Part shown: positions 1 to 12,318 of the stretch, piece by piece
How positions within the stretch are numbered: position 1 is the first letter of the stretch
How the letters are laid out: each line of letters starts with the position of its first letter
Assembly (NCBI GenBank): GCA_002633005.1
Contig: NMRA01000394.1
Location: 186,001 to 250,000 of the forward strand
Length of the DNA: 64,000 nucleotides
Source of the DNA: Phoronis australis
Lineage: Eukaryota > Animalia > Phoronida
Direction: 5' to 3'
Notes under the pieces: model-generated
What the model was told of the DNA's origin: nothing
The model's database searches: none
The model's input: the letters and a program-made list of their open reading frames with translations, nothing else
Position numbers and translations under genes: made by a program

Positions 1-804
1 TCGCCCGAGGGGTGTTAGACCCGAGGGTGATAATTCTCCAAAATACAAGAGGGCTCTTGATAAGGTGATAAGGAGGATAACGACTGAGAACACGTAATAA
101 TCTATTTATACCACATACTGAACGAGAAACATTGCACTGAATCGATCTACTTTTCTCGACTCGCCTCGGCTTTGTTACCACTTTCTATGTCAGAGGCCCG
201 GGGTGGGAGGTCGTGACCTATTAAGAAGAGCCGAGCTATTTTTGTCAAATAATGCTTTTACTCAAAACCAATTGAAAACTTAAACAAAACAGAAATAAAG
301 TGAATCTATAAATTAAGGTTTAGCAAATATTATAGCTTACTAAACAGTTTATCACGCTAATCTTCGACCATGAAAATATTATATGCTAAAGTAGGTTACC
401 ACTGGCAACTGAGTATAATGCTCAAGTCCAAGGATCCCGACGACACGAAATGGAGATCAATGATTTACAGGTCAAGTGATAGAACATAAGAGGAAATTTT
501 TACTGAATTAAAATATCGTTTTAATGGAAATTATGCGTCTTGTTTTCCATAGCGTATAAATATCGGTACAATACCCTTTGTTGAACATGCAATCGTTGCA
601 CGTGCTCATTTAGGTATTCTATTTTCACGCTCGATGACGTCAGCCGCTGAGAGGTGCAGTGGTAAAGCCTACGACCCGAAACTCTTCCGGCCAGCGCTCG
701 AAACCGGCCTCGGTTCCCGCAAAAATGTTATCTCACTCGTGAGATAACCAAATGGGTTAATATACGGTTGTACTGGCCATTTGATGCTAATAATGTGGTA
801 TAAA
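1..804 (+). mobile_element. Unclassified non-autonomous element, copy 1 (truncated by the window start), with an internal tRNA-like segment
   Basis: Colinear with 45960-46689. Inverted repeat TTTATACCACAT (105-116) / ATGTGGTATAAA (793-804). tRNA-like A/B-box segment at 646-715. Confidence 0.8.
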
Positions 805-3800
805 GTAACTTATTTACTAAGTTTATGATTAGCCATCAAGGTACAGTAGATATCAATCGCTAAAAAATTGCCCCTCAGTAGTCAGGTTTGTCCCCAAATC
901 CACGTCGATTGCATTCTCCTCAATATGAAACACAAGCTAGCTTTCATGAAGATACGCCAAATAATTTGTACTTAGCAACATTGGAAAAATGTAAAGCATA
1001 CAACATTGCCACCAGGAGGCACTTTGGAGCAGGAACCGTCCGATAGCCTGCACTATTTCTTGTCAAAAATAGACTTGCCAAATTCTACAAATGTCCTACA
1101 CAAGAGTTCATAAGATGCAGTTGCAGGCGCAAAGACGAAACGAAAATGCCACTCCTAGAAGCAGGATTCGGAAACGTAAGAAACTCATGGACAGTCGTCA
1201 TCTTCCCACAAGGAACACATTTACAAGCTTTCATCGTCGTCTTTAGCACGGTTTGGGCTATTGAGAGATGGACAGTAAAAGCGGCTACTAGGATTCATTG
1301 AATACTTCGAATCTATCTGAAAAGGAAAAGGTGGTGTCTTTTCCTTAACAGACATCCATTTCCAAATTTCATAAAATCCGTCCAACTCCGACGACACAAA
1401 AGAAAATGTTAAAAATGCACAAAAATTAACTAGGGAGCTCAGCGATAGTCGGATTTGTTCGAAAGTCGTCGCCATCTGTTGCCAATTTCATAGAAACCCA
1501 AAAAATTGCCACCAGAAGGAGTCACGGTAGTCGCAATTGTCCAAAATCATCACCAGCCCTCCTCTTCCCATTAGGAATTCTGTACAAATTTACATAACCG
1601 TCCTCAGTGTAATTTGACGGACTCGAAAACAGTAACATGTTGAATCCACCAGATAACAAGAAAGCAGTTTCGTCTCAATAGATACCTGCTAAATTTCACG
1701 AATGTCCGTCAAGGAAATACAAATATACAGGAGAAAACATGAAAAAAATAAAATTGGGGATACTCCAGTATTCAGGTGCGTTTGAAAATTGCTCACGCCG
1801 TCCTAGATATGACAGAGACACACATCTGTAAATTCTCACGAAGCTTCATCCAGGTTCTTTTGAGAAATACTGCTGCGGACGCCGGACAGACGGAAGGGTA
1901 CATAAAATCATAAAAACTTTATGACATTTGATTTAGTTGTTCTCTTAAGTTCAAATTAATAACTAAAAGTAGTTTGTCACTGAATAATAATGCTACAATA
2001 GTGTTCCGTTAGACTGCATTTCTCCCTGTTTTTTTAACCTAGTTATTCAGAAAAATTGGTCGTTTCAACAATAATTCACATATGTCTAGCAAAATTTATT
2101 ATATTTATTGTCAGGGAACTTCAGATACGAAATATACACCAAGCTGCAAAAAATATTTAGCAGAACCACATTTAACCGCATGGAAACTTGTTTACTTCTT
2201 ATCAGTCAGTGGTCAAAGATTATAGAGCTGTCACTCAAATCGAATTTCCCAGCAGGCATAGACCAGTTCCATATGTACCCTCGGTCCTTTCATTCACCAA
2301 GTCGCAATAATATGGAGTCAACGAAGTGTACATATAGGAAACAAAGTCAAAAAGCAGTTTTGACATTGAAGGAGTTGTGCTTCAGCAAGCAATTCGGCCG
2401 AATGCATCGACTTCGAATCGCCTCACGGTCTCTTTGTTACTTTTTTCACGAACAAAGCAAGTTGTGAAAAAGGATGAATTCATTGATTTGATCAGTAATT
2501 TGACATTTTGCTGTTTTTATCTCATGTTCACGGCGCGCTTTAGCAACCGACTCGATTTATGTTTCGATTTCGTGCTTGGTTTAGCATCAGTTTCCCCTGA
2601 GAGTGGTGTGTATCACAATGAACTGTTGACCTCCTGAACAGCTGACCCTCCCTTGACCTAGCTTGGCTCGAGGCATATTTACAAAAGTAAAACGTTTTAG
2701 TGATAATTAAGTTAATTACGCACTGCACATTCAGTTGACAATGCGAGAGAATGCTCAAATAGCGAACATGGTTAAGGCATGTAAAGTTGACCAAAAACAA
2801 GCTTTCACCGAATTTAGCGATAACTGTCACAATTTGAAGACTCGCAACGTTTTCTGCTTTTTCTCGGCTTCGCCAAATAGATCAAATTTGACCTTAGGAA
2901 CACAAGTTCTAGAAAACTACAAGGGGAATTTAACTAAAACTATCGAATTTCAATATCTTCCATCTATCTAAGAAACAAGATTTTCTTTTTAAACGCCTAG
3001 TAGTTTTTGAGGACCGTGAGATACATGAATACGGTTGCTATTTTTACAAAAATTCTTACGTTTTGCCATAATTTGGCATAGAAACAAAAAATGAGTAGTC
3101 GCAAATCCCTAAAAGCGTTTTCATGTAAATTGTGAAATTTCCATTTAAACGGTTTTCATTAAAATCCACCAAGGGGTTAGTTTGCTGTTGATGTACCTGC
3201 TGAAAATGAAATATTGACTTTAAAAAGGTGTTAACGTAATACTAATAAAGGCACCAAATAAAGGTTGAGATAACCTCATTACTATGTCCAAGCAACCCCG
3301 AGTAGATGTTAAATGATTTGGAAAGTTTTAAATATGCATCAGAGTAATATCGAAGGATTTTTGGCGATCGTTCACCTGATGACATCTTCCTACATGTACA
3401 TGTAAAAATACTTAATCCTGTCACGTGCACAAATAATCAGGAAAAATAACTTGTTCATTCTAAAGAACTCAAGGAAAATGTCATCGTTGAGTGGCGTGAC
3501 TGTCCGATTTCGAATAAAAATCCCTAAGCGCAATTGTTGTAAGTTCAGGGAGAACATCGTTAAGAAAATTGAAGGTTTTCCTACGCAATTTTTACCTTCT
3601 TGGGAAAACAAAACAAGTTTAGCATGTAAGGACAATTATGAGATCGATTTTATAAGCGTAAAAGACATTATTCTATATGATGATCCCTGAAGCACCGAAA
3701 CAGTTTAACGCTGCTACACAGACGTTACCTGCCAAATTTTTAATTCATCCTACTCGAAGTTGGAGAAGTGGTCTTAACTTGTTCCTATTAGGATGATTTT

Positions 3801-4285
3801 TGTGCTTGGAATAACCGGTTGGTGCCCGCCGAGTCGAGTTTTGTAGTTGTGTTTGGTGTCTAGTAGATAACTAACTGTCAGTTGTTTCCAAAACCGGTTC
3901 GAATTTGAGATATGAACAATTCAAAGCAAGTAGTAAACAGTTAAGTGGTCAAAAGCAAAATCTGGCCTCATTTTGGACAACATGTAGGTTCATTAAACAG
4001 CAGCGTCGGTTTTTCTGCTAATTTTCCAAGGATTCAGTTTTGGGTTAGTCACAATCGAACCTGGGAGTAATTGGTCCTAGGGTGGAACCGTTTAAATTTT
4101 GGCGAAAATGGCAGATCGAGAGGTTGGATAGGGTGCAGTGTCCGAAGCTTGTGAGACCAGGTACGGGACTGGGAGTTGGGGGTGACTCGCGAGCATATCA
4201 AATAACTACGCTCCCAAACTTTGTAAAACTTACGGTCCATTATTCTGTGAAGGAACTGCAACTTTCACTTATTTGTTCACCTTAC

Positions 4286-4551
4286 CAATTAACGGAACTG
4301 CAGCCGAGTTTGGCGGCATCGTTTCCGCCACCAACAGCAGAAATACGGTCAATGAGAGCATGCACGTGACTAGCAGCGATACTTTCTCTCCTGAGTCTGG
4401 TGGAAGGAGAAACCCCATGGCGGTAGTAGCGATGATTACAACACACGGTAGCAGTAAGTTGAATATATAGAACAGCGGCCGTCTCCGCATGATAATCGAG
4501 AAGGTCAAGATCGGGTATGGCTCAGGGCAACAGCCGTAGAATTGCACCTTT
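4286..4551 (-). CDS. nAChR alpha subunit, exon 6 (266 bp): loop [10 protein letters not shown]1, GEK cation-selectivity motif, M2, M2-M3 loop to VPLIG
   Basis: Largely overlaps ORF 4269..4547. Acceptor ttgttttAG|A, donor G|GTaagg. Vicinal Cys-Cys defines an alpha subunit. The phase-1 intron after VPLI is typical of alpha7/alpha9/alpha10 genes. M3/M4 exons were not found in 1-4285. Confidence 0.97.
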
Positions 4552-5324
4552 CTAAAACAAAACAGAATATAGGCGCCACGTTATTGTTAGTTTCTGTTCC
4601 AATTCACTTCTAACAGCATAAATCTCCTGAAGAACATATCTGGATTAGGTTTATAGTGATTACAAGGAAATGAGTCGCAGGGAGAGAACAAGGGAGGATT
4701 TCAAGTTAATGTTAAATAATTCATCCATCCATGCCTTTCAGCAGTTCCTTTATGATTCCATTCGTTGGACTAATTCATATTAAACACTGCTCTCATTTAT
4801 TTGTTAACTTTGTTATGTCCATTAACTTGAGTGTATTTCGCCGGGAAGCATGCGAAGACTACCCCTGGGAAATCAACATGTTAAGCAGGTATCACAAAAC
4901 ATAACTGAGCCAATGAATTGAATCAATTGTCAATGAAATAATGTCAATAGGGAAGACCAGAGACTGTAACGAGTTGACCGTTTACGCTTAATTACTGATC
5001 ATTAGAACGAAAATTAAGTGAGTTATGAAAACGTGCGTTTGCTACAGAACTTTTAATAGTTTCAAATATATATAAAGGGGGGCGGAAATATGCTTTTATT
5101 AAATCTACGAATGCATGAGTTAAAATAAAAACTATGTTGTTATGTGCATACACATGTACAATGCATTTATTCGAACCGTTGCAGATGAGTTGTCAAAAGA
5201 GAACCCCTCAAGTTAAGGAAATCGTGAATTACCACATCTGGAAGTAAATTAAATGATTTCCGGCAAAACATTTAGAGAACTAATCCATGGATTACTGGTA
5301 ACATTTTTCAGAAAACCACGCAAA

Positions 5325-5680
5325 AGGATACCAAACCCAATTTGTCCTATAAACAAATACATGTAGCAAATACGACATTCTCGTCCAATTCCATGAAACA
5401 AAATAATGCTCTATAACCCTCAACCGTATACCCCCAAAAACTTGGAGGAAATTTTGAAAATGCTTAGTCGAAGTCTACAAAAAGGGCAAGCGTCACCTAA
5501 GCTTGCGAGGAATTGCAAGGAAACTTGGAGAAAGACCACCCGCAAAGAATCATAACAACCAATCTGTGATACAGAGAGTATTGCGCTTTTAGTTGATTAC
5601 TGCTTTTATCTTCCACGATTGGCCAAATGATGCATTGGCAGGTGACAGAACGAGGATTGGATGAAATCATTAAAACAGGT
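5325..5680 (+). repeat. Partial copy (one arm plus spacer) of the foldback element at 25790-26465
   Basis: Shared colinear blocks: TACCAAACCC, AAATAATGCTCT, GGCAAGCGTSACCTA, AAAGACCACCC, AGAACGAGGATTGG. Confidence 0.75.
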
Positions 5681-7010
5681 TTTGTGTAGTATACTTTTCA
5701 CCAAGGCCATGCCCTCCCAGTTAATCATATCTACACAGGTCTGCCCTCAAATTCGACTGCACAACTTTCGCCACAAAAATCGCTAGTAGCGTGACACCTT
5801 CCGGTCGGCATCCCTTATATATACCCCGTGGTTCACTCTTGTTGACAAGGTGACCTAATTAGCGTGCCAAAAGATATACGTAGCACGCTCGAGAGTCAAC
5901 GGGACACAATTTCATTTCCATTTAGCCCCGAAAAAATCTCATTGGACTAGCATCAGTCCAGCAAAACGTGCACTAGATTGGCCTTGGTCGTCTACCTACC
6001 CAAGTGATTTTGGTTATTTTAATTCAGGCAACGATTTCGAATCGATCGTGAAAATTCCGGAAATATCTGAAAACCAAATTATTACTATCCATCCAATAGA
6101 AAGTGTTCTAGGACGACGGACCGAAAGAAAATAACGATGGTTTGTTTAGTCTTGAGTTCGGTTGCTGCTTGAGACACAAAATTGGGTGGACTCTGGTCAG
6201 CAGACATCGCACTCACATGATGGAGTCTCCCAACATCCTTAGGTACACATATGCTGTATACTCATACCTAAGATTGATCCCTCCGGAACATTTGCTTTGG
6301 ACTCGGTGTGTATGTCACTGATTTTTCGAATACTGTCGATTAGTATATGAACGGCATTTATTGCGAACGTCAATTCATTAGTAAGACGTAACGAAATTGT
6401 TACCAGTATCTAACGTTACAGCTTATGTTATCTTTAAGTCATATACATGTATTAACCACGTTGAGACATCAATTTAACCGTAGACACTGGCACGTAAATC
6501 GGGTAAAAATCAATGCCTCGTCAACTTCTGTTACTATTCAGACCCAGTGACGTCATACAAACTGCACACTCGATAATTATTAACGGATACAGCGGCCGAC
6601 GAAGGTAAAAGCACTATAATATAGGCGTACATTAGCGTGCTTGGAATTTAGATATTCCCTAAAAATTAATTGCACCAGCTTTCAACAAGTGCCATTAAAA
6701 ATAGACCTGTAATTTGCCATAAAAACAACAAAACCAATAACGTATCACAGTCCACAAGAATTACACGAGAGGACGACGACCGGAAAGACCCACGTTCCTA
6801 GCGATAGTAAAAGTTCTCTGGTGCATTTTGCTAATTTGCAGATACAGTCACCACTGGGCTGCCGCAGCAATGACTATTTGCAATGATTTATCTAACTGGG
6901 CCTCGGACGAACTTTTTCTTTTGGATATCATTGATGAATAGGTGGCGTCGCGAGCATTTAATTGTAAACCATCGATCAAATATTATGGACCTATAACTGG
7001 AACAACTTAA

Positions 7011-7754
7011 GGGGAGACGCGATATTTGTTGTGTCTTGTCTGCCAGGTAGATACTGCAGAAATACTGTGATCATCGATTTGTCGTATATCTCAACATTGT
7101 TTCCTCTTGCTGTTTGTAAATTCATATTTATTAGCTTTTGTTGGTAAACCATCTTCAGTTTGCTCGAAGTTTTGAATTTTGAAGAACTCCAATGTCCAAA
7201 TTATTATAAAAAACACATTCGGTTGGAACTTTTCAACCCATTCTCCTGTTTGTGAGGGCAAGAATTACACGATGATCACTACTTAAATAGTGATACCTTT
7301 TGGCAATCAGCAGCTTCTCTGAAAATCCATAAGTCAAAACCGAACATCTAGTAAACTCTGTTGATTTTGTGTTGACGCAGTCTAAACTAGAGAAATATTC
7401 TCCAACAGGATAATATTTTAGAAAGGGTGCCATTGCAAACTGTTCATACATTTTCTAGAGTTAGCAAAATTGAACCCTGTACATATCAGCAATTTCGAAT
7501 CTGAAAAGATCGACGAAAACGTAAACCTCAGCTAAATCCTTTAATTCTTTGTGAGTCAATACTTCACACTGTTAGCAAGACTGATTATTCCGTACATTGT
7601 TATGTAATTTGACAAACGTTACACGCTCTGATATGTGAAACTGTATCAGTACTCGAGATAATGTGCAAGTGCCGAACGTGAAACATTAGAGTTAAATCGT
7701 TGAGCAACTTTAATTGCATTTGAAAGAAAATCGAATCATCGATTGCGGTAGGCC
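7011..7754. mobile_element. Possible Kolobok-like non-autonomous element
   Basis: TTAA|GG...CC|TTAA boundaries with a short imperfect TIR (GGGGAGACGC vs GGCCTACCGC). Single copy in the window. Confidence 0.4.
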
Positions 7755-9118
7755 TTAAATAATCAACTGAATAGTACAAAGAATGGATAAAACAAACACA
7801 TTTCCAGCTGAAGATACACGTCGATGCACCTGTACAAGAAAGCGGCTTTCACGCTTAGTACCAATCTGTTGACACAAACGTAAATGTGCAAAGCCTTTGA
7901 GCAAAAGTATCTTTTCCCAAAAAGTAATATTTCCAGTGTAGGGTCATGGACCTAAATATGCGCATACACTATGAGAAGCTCCCGTGGCAAGGTGACACTG
8001 GTGGCCTAATTGTTTTAAGAAGAAGTTTTGAAAGAAGAGTGAAGCTTTATCTTCTTTAAGTGACATTGTCGACAAGAAAAGTGATTCTCTGTGATGAACC
8101 TCAGCGGAATCGAATTTGCAACGGGGGTAAAGTGAATGACAGACAATTTTATAGCTCCTGTCAAAGCCTGAGAGTTCAGCACATTGAACATCAATCCCAA
8201 AACCGCGTTTCTGGCGGTAAAACTGACATCGTTCCTATAATGAAAGCATTCAAGTAAATATAAAAAAAAACAATTTAGAATGAAAAAACACGACTGGGTT
8301 CGTTTCCTAGTAGAATATAGGAAACTGTATGCGGTAGCAATTATAGATTGTTTAAGTGTAAAATAATGTTACCCTTGAAGGCGTTGTTGGTCATTTTGAT
8401 ATGTTTTGTTTATCCCAAGGACTTCCTGACTCTTGTTATTGGAATTTTATATGAACGGAATTAATTATAACCACATATATGTCATTGCAGACAGTGAGCA
8501 CCGTCTCTAGCCGGCTCAATAGAGACGGTGTAGTTCCTATAGGAGCTTCATCCACCGGAAGGTTTTCGGCGAATGATGCCTCCCACCGACTAAGTCACGT
8601 TGTTATAAATAGGTCTACCGTATCGTCACAGAGAGACACCTTAGGAGATATGGCGTCATACATGTACCACCTGCCGTGCGCAATGTTATAAATGACCAGA
8701 TACCGATTTTGGGAAGTGAACGAAGCACTGCTCAAAGAAAAAGTTTGATAACGGGGGGAGTATTTGTTTGAGTAGGAAGAAATGAAAGACATCGACGGCC
8801 TCCTAAGGTTTCCCTTTATTAGCATAAGTTATTTAGAACAACGTGACTTTGATGTATTAGTCAGTGTGAGGCATAATTCGCCGAAAATGTTCCGCCTTAT
8901 GAACCGCCTATACGTGTAGGAGCTACACCGTCTCTATTGAGCAAGCTAGAGTAGGTGGTCACTGTCCAGCGTCATTACTCAAGTCAAAACTAAACGACAT
9001 ATTCCTCAGCGCATTATATTATGATCAATCAAGCGTTAAACCAGTTGTTCATTTGAAATACACAATGTTTCGCAGAGACTCGCATGAGTTGATTTTTCTC
9101 TATGCATTAAATTCTCAC

Positions 9119-9391
9119 CTTGTCACCGGCACATCATAAATTGACCACTCTCCGTTGTTGTTAAATGAGCTGATATCTCCCGTGGCTGACCGATTTTGGA
9201 GGTCCAACTGTAATCCGTGCTGTGTCCAAGAACCCAGGGTAAGATTGCAGATTTGCTGGTCGTAGGGGAATTCGTCTATGTCTAAGTTGCAGGCGCTGGA
9301 GAGAGGTACAGGTGCCAACCACATCACGGACCCGTCAGGATAAAACGATACACTGTAGTCAAGCATTGGGGTCATTCCAATTTGTCCAACG
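9119..9391 (-). CDS. nAChR alpha subunit, exon 5 (273 bp): Cys-loop CNLDIDEFPYDQQIC, loop B GSWTQHG, NGEW
   Basis: Lies within ORF 9115..9423. Acceptor taatttcAG|C, donor AG|GTgaga. C-x13-C signature. Phase 2/2, compatible with both neighbouring exons. Confidence 0.97.
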
Positions 9392-9806
9392 CTGAAATTA
9401 TTGAGATAAAGGCATTTAGACAAATTGACGATAGGAGAGCATACAATTTCTACATTCTATCCATCTAGAGTTAAACCACTTAGAGGATAGTGTGGGAGAC
9501 AACATGTGAAAAAACCGCCAAATTCGCCATTCGTCCACAGTGAGGAATCTTTATTGTGGCGCTGTTTTGGTCAGAACGGACAGTGCCAAGAGCGCTGCAA
9601 GCTCTGAGACAATTTGTCGCTAGTAAACATATACCCAGGGGACAATACTTCTGCTAGGCGTATTGCTGAAACAATTGTATCTGACCCATATACACCTCGA
9701 ATAGCACATGCAGGAGCCACAAGGTTGATTGTTCCTCAAAACCCGCTTCCAGACAGTGAAATTCTGACTTAATGTATACTCGGATCACATACTGACTGTA
9801 ACGCTA

Positions 9807-11500
9807 TGATGGGCCGTTGGGAGAAAGTGTCGCCGTAAATCTGCGTGCGTAAATGAATTCTTCTTATTAGGACGTAAATTAATTATTTGCGATGTAAATT
9901 AGATTTTGTAGCGTAAAGTAATTTATTATGGCGTAAAATAATGAGATTTATGGCACTCTGACAAAAATCCTATTATTTGGGCAAATACCGTTATACAGCC
10001 CTTCATGCTTCATATCCAACCCCTGGTTAGTTCCTACCAAGTCCGATGGTTGCACTGTTTGTTCTTTCTCTCCAGCTTACTGTTGGCCCAGCCTCAAGCA
10101 ACAGTACATTCACTCGTAAGTTTTCCTAATTAGACAAGTTTATCTCTTGTAATTAAGGAACAGATCTGGTTCCTTCTGTGAAATATTTATTTGTAGAGCT
10201 GTGACCCTGAAATTGCCAATACAACTTAAAATATTTATTATTCTTGTTGTTTTATTTGTCCCCAATAATTACTTTACGCCGCACAAATTTACTTTACGCC
10301 GTGAAATATCGTGTGTTAATTCTTGTTAGAGACGTAAAGTAATTATTAAGAGGCTGGTGTAAATTACTTATTCCCGGCATACAGTAGTTATCTGCGGCCT
10401 AAAGCAATTATATGCGGCGTAAAGTAATTATATTCAGCGTATTATAACGACGTAAAGTATATGTTTACGGAGTAATTTAACGGCGTAAAGTAATTATTTG
10501 CGGCATAACTTAACAGTGTAAGGTGATTTTTTGAGTTGAAAAGTATTTTTGCGACATACAGTAATTTTTGCGGCATAAAGTTGTGATAGTTGTATATTTC
10601 ATATGTTTTAGAAATTATTCATGTTTGCAAAATATCAGAGTTTGCGGTGTCACCGTTAGACCATTGGTCACTGCTTGATAGTTAGGTTGTTTTTGGGGGC
10701 CAAATCTCAAGCAGAAGATGCATTAGTAACTGGTTCGAACCGGTTCTGTGTTCTGCTAAATAGAGGCACTGTTTTTTACTCCATTATAGTTTCTGCAGTG
10801 TATGGGGAATGTTGTATATCGGAGTTCCTATTTGCCATGTTAGGGGAGATTTGTAATTTACAAGCTATTGAGCTTGTTAGTAGTTATATGAGAAACATAC
10901 TGTATATATAAATTTGAGTCCAGTCGGTTGTGCTTTCTATATTTTACCATAAAATGCAGTCGGTTTCTGATGATTTTGTTTGTAAGGGTGTCGTACGGCG
11001 GCCATGTTGTTCCGTTTGGATGTGGCTCTTTTTGATGAAGAATTTAACTACATGAAGTGTGTTGTTTACTGTAACCTTATTATAGTGATCCACTGTTGAC
11101 GCTTAAGTAATATGGACCATTTCACATTTCAGTTCACTGAATATCTTTAATCGAAAGACCGTCGAAAAGCATCTAATTCACAATTATTTAGTAAGTGTTT
11201 GCTTATTGTTGTTTATCCATGTACAGTTACCTAGGATGTGTAATTTGTTTTGTAATATAGATGGATTGCTAATCAACTGTGTCTCCGAACTAATAATGTA
11301 GCAAACGTACAAGTATGTAAATGATACACTGTAGGTTTCAAACTGGTTCTATTCCATTGTAAAAGTTGTTTGTTGTTACGGGGTTGAACTCCGCGAATTA
11401 ATAATTTGCTAAAGCTACCGACAGTCTATATCGAGCCCCGTTACAAAGCAAATATTTGCGGCGTAATTTTACGGCGACATTTCCCGCCAACGGCCATTCA
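9807..11500. mobile_element. ~1.7-kb non-autonomous TIR element with internal ~20-bp tandem arrays (Mutator/foldback-like)
   Basis: Inverted termini of about 35 bp: TGATGGGCCGTTGGGAGAAAGTGTCGCCGTAAA / TTTACGGCGACATTTCCCGCCAACGGCCATTCA. The flanks TGTAACGCTA and TGCAACGTTA match at 8/10, as a decayed TSD would. GCGGCGTAAAGTAATTAT-like units occupy 9830-9950 and 10260-10580. Confidence 0.75.
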
Positions 11501-12208
11501 TGCAACGTTAACGTTTGCGCCTAGCACAACTGCTGCCAACACAGATGCAACACTGTGGACGTTCGCAAGGGTCACTTTTCCTGGAGCTTTGTTGGAGGTT
11601 TGAGTTAACCCCCGCGTTTTCGCTAACATTTCTAGAGCCAGACCGCTTACTTCAAGTACAGGGATAAGAGACCTTCGTTCTGTCGCTACCCTTTTATGGC
11701 AGAGAATGAGCCTGTTTTGACATCAATTGGAAGCGATTCGGGTGGTAAGGAAACAAAATAACTCCTGTCGAACCCCCCCCCCCCCCTTCNNNNATACACA
11801 GTGTTCAGCGAGAATGTTTCTCTTCTTGTGACTTTACTTTCATAATGCAGTGTGCAGTTATCCGGGAGTGAAACCCAACCCTCACGAAGGACAAGCAATC
11901 TCCCAACTCACCACAATAGGACTCTTACCACGCACAAAAACCTTACAACATAACCTTAACTCCAATCACACCAGACGCCCTTGCATGTACCACAGACAAT
12001 TTTTGAGCAAGTGTTCGAAAGAACATTACATAAAACTAGATCGGGCACTTTGGTCTCTAGCGCTATGTTTTGTCGTATCAAACACAGGTATAGCTGGTGT
12101 TCAGGTTCCGTGGCTATTTGCGTGAGGTAAGAGTTTCTTAGATTTGCAGTAGTGGTGAAGTGCTGTGGTACAAGTTGGTTTCCAGCCGTGCCTAACATAA
12201 GACCTTAC

Positions 12209-12318
12209 TCATTGTAAAGTGTGACGTCAGGTGTCCACACTTTCCTAGGCGACAAAAACAACGAAGAAACGCCACCGTAATTTGCGGGGTCCCAACGAAA
12301 ATATTCATCCGTCCAGTA
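12209..12318 (-). CDS. nAChR alpha subunit, exon 4 (110 bp): YWTDEYFRWDPANYGGVSSLFLSPRKVWTPDVTLYN(D)
   Basis: tttttcAG|TAC...GA|GTaagg. Contains W.D..x.W.P..YGG and W.PD..LYN (loop A). The 110-bp size matches the conserved nAChR exon. Confidence 0.96.

Noticed and set aside
646-715. Bona fide tRNA genes here and at 20075-20147, 24503-24574 and 46590-46658
   Set aside because: The anticodon and D arms do not fold cleanly, and each lies in a dispersed repeat. Treated as tRNA-derived modules.
9115-9118. In-frame stop right after the exon 5 donor, suggesting a soluble AChBP-like isoform
   Set aside because: GTGA donors commonly contain TGA, the product would lack loop C, and nothing indicates intron retention.
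9570-9587. RE1/NRSE-like site (TCAGAACGGACAGTGCC) in a neuronal gene intron
   Set aside because: Only the right half-site matches, and the spacing to the left half is wrong.
9830-10580. Short repeats with variable interspaces that superficially resemble a CRISPR array
   Set aside because: The context is eukaryotic and intronic, the units are degenerate and adjacent without unique spacers, and there are no cas genes.
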